Below, piece after piece: positions 17,734-27,421 of a stretch of 64,000 bases of DNA. Position 1 is the first letter of the stretch, and each line of letters opens with the position of its first letter. The stretch covers positions 5,290-69,289 of the forward strand of contig CAZGMK010000008.1 in the NCBI GenBank assembly GCA_964526835.1, in the 5' to 3' direction. The notes under the pieces are model-generated. The model was not told the origin of the DNA and made no database searches. It saw only the letters and a list, made by a program, of their open reading frames with translations. This DNA comes from an uncultured Ignavibacteriales bacterium (GTDB lineage: Bacteria; Zixibacteria; MSB-5A5; GN15; FEB-12). A program made the translations under genes and the position numbers.

Positions 17734-18048
17734 GTGTCAGTGCTGTTTCAAGTAAGTATGTTTCCGACAAGCAAGGGTGTTCCCTCGGTCTCGGCCGATG
17801 TGGCTAAGGTTATCGATATCATTGACCGTTCCGGGTTGCCCTATCGCCTGACAGCGATGTCGACGATTATCGAGGGCAGCTGGGAGAAAGTCATGCCCGT
17901 GCTCAACCGGGCCAGAAAGATGCTCCGGCGCAAACACAGCCGGATCTACATAGTGATGACCATTGATGATCGTAAAGGAGCTCGCGGTCGTCTGTCCGGA
18001 AAGGTCGACTCGGTCCAGAGTAAGCTCGGGCGAAAGGTGAGTACATGA
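17734..18048 (+). CDS. MTH1187/YkoF-family (DUF77) thiamine-binding-like protein
   Basis: 104 aa. The pattern VS.FP...G.S.S..VA..I..I..SGL.Y.L....T..EG is typical of UPF0045. Confidence 0.7.
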   Translation: MSVLFQVSMFPTSKGVPSVSADVAKVIDIIDRSGLPYRLTAMSTIIEGSWEKVMPVLNRARKMLRRKHSRIYIVMTIDDRKGARGRLSGKVDSVQSKLGRKVST

Positions 18049-18368
18049 CCGACAATGTTCGCATTTGCATGATTTCCATTCCGCGGGACGAAGCGCGATC
18101 ATTCGCCAAGAAGCTGGTCGAGGAACGCCTGGTCGCCTGTGTCAACATCCTGCCCAAAATGGAGTCCTTCTACTGGTGGGAAGACAAGGTGCTGTCCGAT
18201 GAAGAAGCGCTTCTCATGGTCAAGACAACGGCCGAGAAGTACGCCGATCTGCAGCGATATGTTATTGATCATCATCCCTATGAGATTCCCGAGTTGCTCG
18301 CGCTGACCGTGAGCGAGGGTTTGCCTGACTACCTCGCCTGGGTTAAAGTCGAAACAGAGCGGGAGTAG
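18045..18368 (+). CDS. cutA: Divalent-cation tolerance protein CutA
   Basis: 107 aa with LVACVNI.P...S.Y.W......DEE..L..KT and HPYE.PE motifs. Confidence 0.88.
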   Translation: MTDNVRICMISIPRDEARSFAKKLVEERLVACVNILPKMESFYWWEDKVLSDEEALLMVKTTAEKYADLQRYVIDHHPYEIPELLALTVSEGLPDYLAWVKVETERE

Positions 18369-18414
18369 CGACATCGGGCTGAGTCTCAATTGACCGCACC
18401 CGGAGTCTGCCTGC

Positions 18415-18864
18415 ATGCGTTGCCCGCAATGCGGACATCTTGAAGATAAGGTCGTGGATAGCCGTTCGGCCCAGGATGGCCGGGCGGTACGACGACGCCG
18501 TGAATGTCTGGCATGCGGTCAGCGTTTCACCACTTACGAGTACGTGGAGCAGCCGGGCTTGATTGTTCTCAAGACCGATCAGCGCCGCGAACCGTTCGAT
18601 CGTCGGAAGGTTTTGCAGGGTATCAAGCTGGCCTGCAACAAGCGCCCCGTTACCACCAAGCAGATGGAGGCGATGGCCGAGCAGGTGGAGGCGGAAATCC
18701 AGGCCGCCGGCGGAACCGAGACGAGTAGTCAGAAGATCGGCGAACTCGTGATGAAGAAACTTCGTGATGCGGATGACATCGCTTACGTCAGATTCGCTTC
18801 GGTATACCGCAAGTTCGCCGACAAGCAGGAATTCCTCGAAGAGATGCGCAAATTGCTCGAATAG
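18415..18864 (+). CDS. nrdR: Transcriptional repressor NrdR
   Basis: MRCPQCG...KVVDSR, then RRRREC..CG.RFTTYE, is a zinc ribbon followed by an ATP-cone. Confidence 0.95.
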   Translation: MRCPQCGHLEDKVVDSRSAQDGRAVRRRRECLACGQRFTTYEYVEQPGLIVLKTDQRREPFDRRKVLQGIKLACNKRPVTTKQMEAMAEQVEAEIQAAGGTETSSQKIGELVMKKLRDADDIAYVRFASVYRKFADKQEFLEEMRKLLE

Positions 18865-18914
18865 ACAGGCTTTGCCGTTGACACCGGGCGGACCACCACG
18901 CGATCTTAGGACCC

Positions 18915-19703
18915 ATGACGCCGGAAGCAGATCCCTATCGCCCCATGTCGGAGAATGCAGGTAGCGGCTCGATGCCCTTTCTTGACCACCTTGAGGAGTT
19001 GCGCTGGCGCTTGCTCAAGTCCCTGCTGGCTATCGTAGTCATGGCCGGGGCCTCCTTTTACTTCCGCAATGAGCTGTTCATCTTCCTGACTCGGCCGCTG
19101 GGCGACATCCAACTGCACTTCACCGAAGTCACCGGATCCTTCTACGCGTACCTCAAGGTCGCGCTCATAATCGGTTTGATCGCCGCCCTGCCGGTGGTGT
19201 TCTATCAGATGTGGATGTTCCTCTCGCCGGGATTATACAAACACGAAAAGCGGGTCATCCTGCCGCTGGTATTCGTGTCGACTGTCCTCTTCCTGGGTGG
19301 GGCCGCCTTCTGTTATTTCCTCACTCTGCCCCTGGCCCTTGACTTTCTCATCGGTTTTTCCGGGGACCTGCTCAGCCCGGTGATCACAGTGGGCTCGTAT
19401 ATCAGCTTTGCGGGCCTGCTTCTGGTGGCCTTCGGAGTGGGGTTCCAGTTACCGGTTGTGTCTTTCTTCCTAGGCAAGATCGGCCTGGTATCATCTGCGT
19501 CGATGGGTAAGGGGCGGCGCTATGCACTGGTGATTATCCTAATCGCCGGCGCCATAATCACCCCTCCGGATATCTTCACCCAGCTATTGCTGGCCGGTCC
19601 GGTCTACCTGCTTTATGAGGTGTCGATTCTGGTCGTGAGAGTCGTGGAGCCGAGGCCCGAAAGGATCGACTCGCTCAACCCTGATGACAAACATCAGGAT
19701 TGA
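18915..19703 (+). CDS. tatC: Twin-arginine translocase subunit TatC
   Basis: It contains PFLDHLEELR.RL and is polytopic, with about 6 hydrophobic segments. The true start may be an internal Met (MSENAG or MPFLDH). Confidence 0.9.
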   Translation: MTPEADPYRPMSENAGSGSMPFLDHLEELRWRLLKSLLAIVVMAGASFYFRNELFIFLTRPLGDIQLHFTEVTGSFYAYLKVALIIGLIAALPVVFYQMWMFLSPGLYKHEKRVILPLVFVSTVLFLGGAAFCYFLTLPLALDFLIGFSGDLLSPVITVGSYISFAGLLLVAFGVGFQLPVVSFFLGKIGLVSSASMGKGRRYALVIILIAGAIITPPDIFTQLLLAGPVYLLYEVSILVVRVVEPRPERIDSLNPDDKHQD

Positions 19704-19751
19704 CTTTGAGCTGCCCCGGCGGTAGATTGTATCACGATAAGTGATTAGTCA

Positions 19752-19823
19752 GCGGGCGTAATTCAGTGGTAGAATGTCAGCTTCCCAAGCTGAACGCCGT
19801 GGGTTCGATCCCCATCGCCCGCT
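19752..19823 (+). tRNA. tRNA-Gly (anticodon CCC)
   Basis: I folded the cloverleaf by hand. Acceptor is gcgggcg/cgcccgc, D arm attc/gaat, anticodon stem tcagc/gctga with loop ttCCCaa, and T arm gtggg-ttcgatc-cccat. It is 72 nt with no encoded CCA. Confidence 0.9.
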
Positions 19824-19844
19824 TTTTCTATTGGGTTTTCTTCG

Positions 19845-21125
19845 ATGCGCGTGGTCAGTGTCAATCCAAACTCCCCTCTGTACGGTCATGTGAGGGCGGG
19901 CCATCAGCTCGTGACAGTGAACGGGCGGGAGGTTCGTGACACCCTCGACTTTCAGTTCCTGGCCTCGGACGACCTGGTCGAGCTGACCTTCGAGGATGCC
20001 GGCGGCGCCGAGCAGTCTTTTCGCTTCGATAATCTGTATCCCGGAGCCCTGGGGTTGACCTTCGAAGACGAGGAAGTACGCCGTTGCCGGTGTAACTGCG
20101 TGTTCTGCTTTGTCCGTCAGCAACCCAGGCGAATGCGGCGTTCGCTGAATGTTCGCGACGAGGACTACCGGCTAAGCTTCACTCACGGCAATTACATCAC
20201 ACTTTCGAATGTCAACCAGGCCGACCTCAATCGAATCGTCGAACAGCGCCTTTCACCGCTTTATGTCTCGGTCCATACAACCGATGATGAACTGCGACGG
20301 CGAATGCTCGGTAACAGGAAGCTACAACCCATCCTGCCCCAGTTGGAGTGGCTGACCCGGCGAGGAATTCGTCTACATACCCAGGCGGTCATTTGCCCCG
20401 ATCTCAATGACGGATCATCGTTGCACAGGACAATGGAGGATCTGGCCGGGCTGCAGCCTGAGTTGGCGACTCTCGCGGTCGTGCCGGTGGGTTTGACACG
20501 ATATCGCGAGCACCTGCCGCGCCTGCGCCGTCCCACCGCCCAGGAAGCGCGGGAGACGATCGCGGTAGTGGAGGACTTTCAGCAGCAGAGTTTGTCGGAA
20601 TGGGGCACTCGTTTTGCTTGGCCCTCCGACGAATACTATCTGCTGGCCGAGCGTCGCATTCCGCCCCTCTGTCACTACGAAGACATGGAACAGTGGGAAA
20701 ACGGGGTCGGAATGATCCGGCGGGCAACGGTTGACTTCAATCGTGGTCGGCGCTTTCTGAGTGGCATTTCAACAGATATCCGGGTTGCCTTCTTGACCGG
20801 CTTGGCCGCCGCCGAATGGCTGAAACGAACATTGGTCGGTTACCTTCGTGAGCTTGACTTGAACCTCAAGTTGCTCCCCGTAGTCAACCGTTTCTGGGGG
20901 GAGATGGTAACGGTCAGCGGGTTGCTAACGGGCGCCGATCTGCTCGCGGCCGCCGAAGCCGCGCGACGCGAATTCGATGTGGCTGTCCTGCCTCCGAACT
21001 GCCTGAACCACGAAGGGCTCTTTCTTGATGATATGTCGCTGGATGAGTTTCGCAGGCGACTGGGCAGGCCGGTGATAATCGGCCAATACGATCTCTGCGC
21101 GACGGTCAGGGAGGCCTTTCTATGA
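19845..21125 (+). CDS. DUF512 / TIGR03279-type radical-SAM protein with an N-terminal PDZ-like domain
   Basis: 426 aa with the CxxxCxxC motif CRCNCVFC. The N-terminus is PDZ-like (G.V.AG..L..VNG). It lies immediately upstream of der, which I recall as a frequent arrangement. Confidence 0.7.
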   Translation: MRVVSVNPNSPLYGHVRAGHQLVTVNGREVRDTLDFQFLASDDLVELTFEDAGGAEQSFRFDNLYPGALGLTFEDEEVRRCRCNCVFCFVRQQPRRMRRSLNVRDEDYRLSFTHGNYITLSNVNQADLNRIVEQRLSPLYVSVHTTDDELRRRMLGNRKLQPILPQLEWLTRRGIRLHTQAVICPDLNDGSSLHRTMEDLAGLQPELATLAVVPVGLTRYREHLPRLRRPTAQEARETIAVVEDFQQQSLSEWGTRFAWPSDEYYLLAERRIPPLCHYEDMEQWENGVGMIRRATVDFNRGRRFLSGISTDIRVAFLTGLAAAEWLKRTLVGYLRELDLNLKLLPVVNRFWGEMVTVSGLLTGADLLAAAEAARREFDVAVLPPNCLNHEGLFLDDMSLDEFRRRLGRPVIIGQYDLCATVREAFL

Positions 21126-22432
21126 GTCTTCCCACCGTCGCCATCGTAGGGCGCCCCAATGTCGGCAAGTCGTCATTGTTCAATCGCTTCATCCGCCGCC
21201 GCCTGGCTGTGGTGGCCGAGGAGTCCGGAGTCACCAGGGATCGCAATTACACGGTGACCGACTGGAATGGCGTCGACTTTCGGCTGATCGATACCGGAGG
21301 GATAGTACCCGCCAGCGATAACATGATGGAGAGGCTGATTCATGATCAGGCCGAGTTCGCCATAACTGAGGCCGACCTGGTCCTGCTGGTCGTCGACACC
21401 CAGGTGGGGATCGACCCGGTAGATCGCCAGATCGCCAGGCGGCTGCATCGATCCGGGCGCAAGTGCCTTCTGGTAGCCAACAAAGCCGACAACGAGATGA
21501 TCCGGCAGCAGATATACGAGTTCATGAAGCTGGGCCTCGGGGAACCGATGGCCGCCTCCGCCACGTCCGGGCTGGGAATCGGTGACCTGCTTGACGCCAT
21601 CGTGACCAACCTTCCTGAACCTGAGGAGGGGAAGGGTGAGGATGAGGCCATCAGGGTGGCCCTGGTGGGACGACCGAACGTCGGCAAGTCATCTTTCATC
21701 AACAGGCTGATCGGCCAGGACCGCCTGATTGTCTCGCCCGAGGCCGGAACCACTCGTGATGCCGTGGATACTCCTTTCGAGTTTGAAGAACACAAGTTCA
21801 TTCTCGTTGACACAGCCGGTTTACGCAAGCGCTACAAGGTAGCCGAGAACATCGAATTCTATACCAGCATCAGGGCATCCCGCGCGATTGATGAGGCCGA
21901 CGTGGCGGTGATTCTGATCGATGCCGTTGACGGCCTCACAGCCCAGGATCAGCACATTCTGGAGATGGTCCACAAGATGCGCAGGGCGGCCCTGCTTGCC
22001 GTCAACAAGTGGGATCTGGTCGAGAAGGACACCCATACGGCCGGCCGCTATACCGAGCAGATCAAGGCGACGCTCGCCCGATATTCGAATCTTCCGGTCA
22101 TCTACATTTCGGCCCTGAGCGGCAAACGTGTCACGAAAGTGCTGGAACTCGTGCGCCAGGTCCATTATGAGAACCACAAGCGCATATCGACTTCCGAGCT
22201 CAACCGGTTCCTGAAAGAGGTTACAGAACGGCAGCACCCGCCGGCCAGGGAGGGCAAGTACATCAAGTTTATGTATATCACGCAGAGCGAAGTAGCTCCG
22301 CCGACATTCATCTTCTTCGTTAATCATCCCAGGCTCGTCGATAAGTCCTACATCAGCTATCTGTCCAATCAGCTTCGGAGCCACTATGGCTTCGAGGGGG
22401 TCCCGATTCGCCTGAAGTTTCGCAGGAAGTAA
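21122..22432 (+). CDS. der: Ribosome-associated GTPase Der (EngA)
   Basis: Two tandem GTPase domains (GRPNVGKSSLFNR and GRPNVGKSSFINR) are followed by a KH-like C-terminus. Confidence 0.96.
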   Translation: MSLPTVAIVGRPNVGKSSLFNRFIRRRLAVVAEESGVTRDRNYTVTDWNGVDFRLIDTGGIVPASDNMMERLIHDQAEFAITEADLVLLVVDTQVGIDPVDRQIARRLHRSGRKCLLVANKADNEMIRQQIYEFMKLGLGEPMAASATSGLGIGDLLDAIVTNLPEPEEGKGEDEAIRVALVGRPNVGKSSFINRLIGQDRLIVSPEAGTTRDAVDTPFEFEEHKFILVDTAGLRKRYKVAENIEFYTSIRASRAIDEADVAVILIDAVDGLTAQDQHILEMVHKMRRAALLAVNKWDLVEKDTHTAGRYTEQIKATLARYSNLPVIYISALSGKRVTKVLELVRQVHYENHKRISTSELNRFLKEVTERQHPPAREGKYIKFMYITQSEVAPPTFIFFVNHPRLVDKSYISYLSNQLRSHYGFEGVPIRLKFRRK

Positions 22433-22480
22433 AGGCGGCTGTCAGGACCTGACACTCTGATTGGGGGGGCGGTCAGACTC

Positions 22481-23815
22481 GTGGCAAAGCTAAGGCCGTT
22501 TCCGGCCGATATAGTTGGTGTCATGGCGAATGCCGAGATCCTGACCGAGCAGGTAAACGAACTCGAGGCGAAGCTGGAGGCTACCAAAGCGCAACTGCGC
22601 GACGTGGCCACTATGGGGGCCGTCATCACCTCAATTCAGGAGATTGATGCGGTCCTGTCGGTAGTCATGGACATGTCCGTCCGGCTGGTCAACGGAGAAG
22701 TGGGGCTGATAATGCTGGCCGAGGAGGACGAGTTACACCTGAAGATCGCGTGGGGTCTTGATGAAGCCTTCGCCAGACGGCTGAGCTATCGGGATGATCT
22801 CGATTTGCCGACTTATGTCTTCCGGTCCCGCCAGCCGGTCACGTTGAACGATCTGTGCATGACCGATGACACAGGCCTGCAGATCGACTCGATTATTTGC
22901 CTGCCCATTCAGACCTCGAAGGCCTGCCTCGGCGTGATGATGATAGTCAACAAGGCGGGCGGGGGCAGCTTCGACGACTCCGACCGTGAAGTCCTGGAAA
23001 TGCTGGTGAATTTCGCCGCAGTTGCGATCGATAACTCCAATCTGGTCAAGGCACGCCTGGCGCAGCAGGAGCAGGAGAGGGAGTTGGCTTTCGCGCGTCA
23101 GATTCAGGAGACGATTCTGCCCCTCAGCTTCGACGACCTCCCGGGGATTGAGATCGGCGCCGCCTACTACCCGATGGGTGAAGTCGGAGGCGACTTCTAC
23201 GACGTTATTGTCTTGAACGACAATGACTTCATTGTTGTTCTCGGTGATGTGTCCTCCCACGGGGTACCGGCTGCGCTGGTCATGTCGGCTACCGCCGCGA
23301 TCATCAAGACCCTTCTCAAGGAGAATCCGGACTTGCCGGTCGGGGATGTGGCGGCCCAGACCAATACTCTCCTGGCGGATGAAATTATCAAGGACCGGGA
23401 TATGTTCGTGACCCTGTTTCTGTGTCGGGTGCGAACCGCTGTTGGAGAATTGACCTTCTGCAACGCCGGCCACCTGCCGGGTCTGTTCTGGGATGACAAC
23501 AGCAAGCAGATCGTTGAACTGGTCGACGGCGGGCCGATAATCGGGCAATTCAGCGGTGTCCCGTTTAAACAGGGACGACGCTCGATTTCGCCCGGGGACC
23601 GGCTCTTCCTCTTCACTGACGGGTTGACCGAAGCGTCTGACGCCGACGGTAATCTGTTCGGACGGGAGCGAGCCGAGCAAGTGTACTCATCGGAGATGGG
23701 ATTGGCTCCCAGCGAGTTCTGCGTTCGTGTTAAAGAATGGGTTGACAGATATACCGAGGGCGCTCCAGAGGAGACCCGCGACGACTTCACGATATTGCAG
23801 CTTAGGGTCAAATGA
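22481..23815 (+). CDS. GAF-domain PP2C (SpoIIE/RsbU-type) serine phosphatase
   Basis: 444 aa with an N-terminal coiled coil and a GAF-like region. The C-terminal PP2C motifs are GGDFYDV, LGDVSSHGV.AAL and LFTDGL.E. An alternative in-frame ATG start lies at 22523. Confidence 0.85.
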   Translation: MAKLRPFPADIVGVMANAEILTEQVNELEAKLEATKAQLRDVATMGAVITSIQEIDAVLSVVMDMSVRLVNGEVGLIMLAEEDELHLKIAWGLDEAFARRLSYRDDLDLPTYVFRSRQPVTLNDLCMTDDTGLQIDSIICLPIQTSKACLGVMMIVNKAGGGSFDDSDREVLEMLVNFAAVAIDNSNLVKARLAQQEQERELAFARQIQETILPLSFDDLPGIEIGAAYYPMGEVGGDFYDVIVLNDNDFIVVLGDVSSHGVPAALVMSATAAIIKTLLKENPDLPVGDVAAQTNTLLADEIIKDRDMFVTLFLCRVRTAVGELTFCNAGHLPGLFWDDNSKQIVELVDGGPIIGQFSGVPFKQGRRSISPGDRLFLFTDGLTEASDADGNLFGRERAEQVYSSEMGLAPSEFCVRVKEWVDRYTEGAPEETRDDFTILQLRVK

Positions 23816-23816
23816 G

Positions 23817-24242
23817 GTGGCCGCATTCGAATTCACATATCCATCGGAGATCAGCAGCGAAGATAGGATGCTGTCGGCATTGCACGACCTTCTTGAGCGT
23901 CACCGTGTTGAGCTGAGTTCCGCACGCCGGTTCATGCTGGCAGTGTCGGAGGCCTTCAACAACGCCCTGGTGCACGGCAATAAGTGTGATCCGACCAAGA
24001 GCATAAATGTTGTCCTCATTATTAACGACGCAGACCTGCGTGCCGATATAACTGATCAGGGTCATGGAGGACTCGAGCAAATTGACCGACGCGGACCGGC
24101 CGGGCTTCTCGACGAGGGCGGGCGCGGAGTCGATCTGATTCGCTACTGCGCTTCGGAAGCTACTTTTACCAAAACGGATGGGGGCAGCGTCAAGGTCTCC
24201 ATCAGAGTCGAGCGCGAGCGAGACAACGAAATGAGTACCTAA
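23817..24242 (+). CDS. Anti-sigma-factor-type serine kinase (RsbW/SpoIIAB-like HATPase)
   Basis: It contains AVSEAFNNALVHGN, DQGHGG and GGRGVDLI motifs. I assumed the GTG start at 23817, right after the upstream stop. An alternative start is the Met at 23868. Confidence 0.75.
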   Translation: MAAFEFTYPSEISSEDRMLSALHDLLERHRVELSSARRFMLAVSEAFNNALVHGNKCDPTKSINVVLIINDADLRADITDQGHGGLEQIDRRGPAGLLDEGGRGVDLIRYCASEATFTKTDGGSVKVSIRVERERDNEMST

Positions 24243-24249
24243 TACACCC

Positions 24250-24612
24250 GTGGAGGTTACCGTGGAAATCACCGTAAGAGAAGAGAAGGACGTTACTATC
24301 CTGAAGCTGGGCGGTCGGCTTGACTTGGCCAGCGGTACGACCTTGAAAGAACAGGTCAAGGAGCTGTTTGACCAGAACAAGAATTCGTTTCACTTCAATT
24401 TAGCTGAAGTCGAGTTCATAAACAGCTCGGGCCTGGGCAGCCTTGTCTCCATCATGAAGGAAATCAGACTGCGCAAAGGGCGTCTGACGTTATCGAATCT
24501 GGCCAGCTATGTTCAGGAGATCTTCGACATCACACAACTGTCGCACATCTTCGAGATTTTCGGCACCGAACAGGAGGCGCTGAACTCCTATCAGGCGGCC
24601 ACTGCCCGATAG
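24250..24612 (+). CDS. STAS-domain anti-sigma-factor antagonist (RsbV/SpoIIAA-like)
   Basis: 120 aa. The motif F.N..EV.FINSSGLG.L carries the conserved phosphorylatable Ser context. Confidence 0.85.
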   Translation: MEVTVEITVREEKDVTILKLGGRLDLASGTTLKEQVKELFDQNKNSFHFNLAEVEFINSSGLGSLVSIMKEIRLRKGRLTLSNLASYVQEIFDITQLSHIFEIFGTEQEALNSYQAATAR

Positions 24613-24639
24613 ATCCGCCTCGGAACCGAAGGGTTCAGT

Positions 24640-26547
24640 ATGAGCAATATAATAGATCATATCAGCGGCCTGTTATCGCAATTGCAGTCGCCGGATTTCT
24701 ACGAGCGCGAGGAAGCGGTCAGGCAGCTCGGCACCTTCACTGAGGATGAGGCCGTGGCCGGCCTGGTGATGGCTATCGAGGATCCCGATCTGGGGATTCG
24801 CGAGCTGGCCGCTGACCTGCTGTCGCAGATGAAGGGTGATATCGCCTCGCAATTGTTGATACGCTTTCTAGGGCACAACGACATAGGTGCGCGTAATCTG
24901 GCCGCCGAAGTGCTCGTGAGGATCGGAAACGCAACGGTAGGGCCGCTCACTGCCGAAATCGAGAACGACGACCACGATGTACGCAAGTTCATTGTCGATG
25001 TACTGGGTCTGATCGGCGACCCGGCGGCGGTGGATGCGATCTGTGGCCGCCTGCACGACGAAAATCCCAATGTCATCTGCTCGGCCGCAGAGGCGCTCGG
25101 CAAGATAGGCTCGGTCGAGGCCGTCGAACCGCTACTCGACGCCTATGACCGGGTCGAGGATGCCCGGTTGCCAGCCCTGGAAGCCCTGGGAAAGATAGGC
25201 GATCGTTCGGCTCTCGACAGGCTCTACGGCTTCCTCAAGACCATGGATCCGATGATCACTTTTGCCGCCATTGAGGCCATCGGACAGATAGGCGATCAGC
25301 AAGCGGTCCCGAAACTCATGGAGTACCTCGAATGCCCGGACAGCTCTATCGCTGAGGCCGCTCTCGTGGCCATCATCGACATAAGCCTGGCCAACAACGG
25401 ACGGCTGGATTACGATCTGCCGCTGGACCGCTTCACAGACTTCCTTTTTGACGCCATCCGGAATCGGAACAAGAAGATCACTGAGTTCACGCTGGGCCGG
25501 CTCAGTCACTGGTATGGCAACAAGGTGGTCTCCTCGCTGATCGATGTGCTGGATTCGGTTGACGATACGGAGCGGAAGCGCATTGCCGATGTCCTGGAGG
25601 ACGCAGGCCCCAGTGCGACCAGGACCATTCTCGACAAGTTTGCATCGGCCAGTGCGATCACCAAGACGACGCTGCTGGAGGTCGTACGTCAGTTCGCTGA
25701 CGAGGACATCGGGGCAGGTCTGATACCGTACGCTGACGATCCGGATCCAGAGGTGCGACAGCGGATTGCTCATGTACTCGGCATCTCGGGTTACCTTGAG
25801 GCTGTGCCGAAGTTGAAGCAGCTGGCGCATGATCAGGTGGGTCATGTCCGTGGAGCAGCCTTTGCTGCGCTTGGTTGGCTGTGCGATGAGAGCGATATCG
25901 ATTTTCTCATGAAGGGTCTTGATGATCCCTATGGGGATGTTCGCGAGGCGGCCATGGGCGCAATGATCATTGTCGGGGGGCGCCGAGTCATCGACAAGTT
26001 CACCGAAGATCTGTTTCATGACTCAATCGAGAGACAGCGCCTTGCCACCACCGCCCTCGGGCTGATCGGCGACGCCGATGTGGTTGAACCGCTGTTCAAA
26101 GCTGTGGGTCACCCGGAACCGACGATACGCAAGCAGGCCCTGAATTCGCTCAGCCGCATACGAGGAGTAGAGGACGTCGACCTGATCATCCCGGCCCTGA
26201 GCGATGAGAGCAGTTCCGTTCGCAAAGCCGCGATCACAGCCATCGCCACCCTGAAAGGTCCTAATGCGGTTCGCGATGTCAGGTTTCTGCTCGATGACGA
26301 GGATGTCTGGGTCCGGTACCACACGATAAACACCATTGGGGACTTTGGGCAGGCCGAATACTCTGACGTGATTCTGCCTTATCTGGACGATGAGAACGAT
26401 GTGATCAAGATTGCTGCCGTAAAGGCATTGGCGCAGATGCAGTCAAGGGCGTCCCTGCCTCACCTGCGTCGGCTGCGGAATGATCGCAATCAAGACGTGG
26501 TGGAAGCGGTCGACCTGGCCGTTGGGAATCTGGAGGCTGATTCATGA
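24640..26547 (+). CDS. HEAT-repeat (PBS-lyase type) protein
   Basis: 635 aa built from many ~30-aa repeats of the form D.D..VR..AA.ALG.IG...AV..L. Confidence 0.8.
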   Translation: MSNIIDHISGLLSQLQSPDFYEREEAVRQLGTFTEDEAVAGLVMAIEDPDLGIRELAADLLSQMKGDIASQLLIRFLGHNDIGARNLAAEVLVRIGNATVGPLTAEIENDDHDVRKFIVDVLGLIGDPAAVDAICGRLHDENPNVICSAAEALGKIGSVEAVEPLLDAYDRVEDARLPALEALGKIGDRSALDRLYGFLKTMDPMITFAAIEAIGQIGDQQAVPKLMEYLECPDSSIAEAALVAIIDISLANNGRLDYDLPLDRFTDFLFDAIRNRNKKITEFTLGRLSHWYGNKVVSSLIDVLDSVDDTERKRIADVLEDAGPSATRTILDKFASASAITKTTLLEVVRQFADEDIGAGLIPYADDPDPEVRQRIAHVLGISGYLEAVPKLKQLAHDQVGHVRGAAFAALGWLCDESDIDFLMKGLDDPYGDVREAAMGAMIIVGGRRVIDKFTEDLFHDSIERQRLATTALGLIGDADVVEPLFKAVGHPEPTIRKQALNSLSRIRGVEDVDLIIPALSDESSSVRKAAITAIATLKGPNAVRDVRFLLDDEDVWVRYHTINTIGDFGQAEYSDVILPYLDDENDVIKIAAVKALAQMQSRASLPHLRRLRNDRNQDVVEAVDLAVGNLEADS

Positions 26548-26936
26548 GCACCGAGCCATCGATTCTGGTTGTGGACGACGAGTTGCTCATCAGGGACCTG
26601 TTGTACGACTTCTTCACCGGACAGGGGTGGAACATATCGGTCGCCGAGAGTGCTCAGAAGGCCTTGACCATTCTGCGACAGAAGAAAGTCGATCTGGTTC
26701 TTACCGATATCAAGATGCCGGAGATGGACGGGATGGATCTGACGGTCAAGTTGCGAGAGGACTTTCCCGAGATTCCGGTGGTGGTCATGACAGGCTACCC
26801 GTCTGTGGAGTCGGCAATTCAGGCCTTGCGGCAAAGGGTGGCTGACTACATCACCAAACCGTTCAATATCAACGAGCTCTACAAGAGTCTCGAGGCTTAT
26901 CTCGAGCAAAGTCGTTCAGAGAAGACGCGGGAATAG
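26544..26936 (+). CDS. Single-domain response regulator (receiver)
   Basis: The receiver residues are canonical: VVDDE, LVLTDIKMPEMDG, VVVMTG and ITKPF. Confidence 0.88.
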   Translation: MSTEPSILVVDDELLIRDLLYDFFTGQGWNISVAESAQKALTILRQKKVDLVLTDIKMPEMDGMDLTVKLREDFPEIPVVVMTGYPSVESAIQALRQRVADYITKPFNINELYKSLEAYLEQSRSEKTRE

Positions 26937-26940
26937 CTGG

Positions 26941-27402
26941 ATGCAGGTGCGAGTGTCAGAAGAGCGTCATATCCTCGTTGCCGACGCCGATCAGCGAGCC
27001 GGCGACGACTTGAGCCGGGTGTTGCAGAGGCTGGGCTACAGGGTCAGCCGAGCGGCGGATATCCAGGATACGATGATTCGTATCAGAGCTCAATACTATG
27101 ATATCGTTCTTCTGTCGGCTCAATTGCTGGACGAGGCAGAAGTGGATATGCTAAGACGCGCTAGTTTCAACGGGAACACCGGAGGCGTCATTGTCATAGC
27201 CGATCAACCTGAGATCGACTCGGTGCTGAAGGCCCTGAGGGGCCGCGCCGTTGACTATCTGATCAAGCCCTACGGGTTGGACGACCTGACCGGCGCCATC
27301 TGCCGCGCCAGCACGGAAGGTGGGGGGAAGATTGCGGAATTCCTTCCGAGACAAGCTGTTGCAGTCGATCCAGCCAGGCGGGTGAACAGTGATCGGCGAT
27401 AA
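26941..27402 (+). CDS. Pseudo-receiver domain protein
   Basis: It has a receiver-like fold (ILVADAD ... DIVLLSAQL ... VIVIAD ... DYLIKPY). Ser sits where the phospho-acceptor Asp is expected, in LLS versus the canonical LLD. Confidence 0.65.
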   Translation: MQVRVSEERHILVADADQRAGDDLSRVLQRLGYRVSRAADIQDTMIRIRAQYYDIVLLSAQLLDEAEVDMLRRASFNGNTGGVIVIADQPEIDSVLKALRGRAVDYLIKPYGLDDLTGAICRASTEGGGKIAEFLPRQAVAVDPARRVNSDRR

Positions 27403-27421
27403 CCTTAGGCAAGGGTAACAT

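Noticed and set aside
22485-22512. A sigma-28-like motif (CAAAGCTA-N12-GCCGATAT) at the 5' end of the GAF-PP2C ORF.
   Set aside because: The spacer is one nt too long, and the -35 lacks the leading T. The site would produce an almost leaderless transcript at the ATG at 22523. It remains only a caveat on the start-codon choice.
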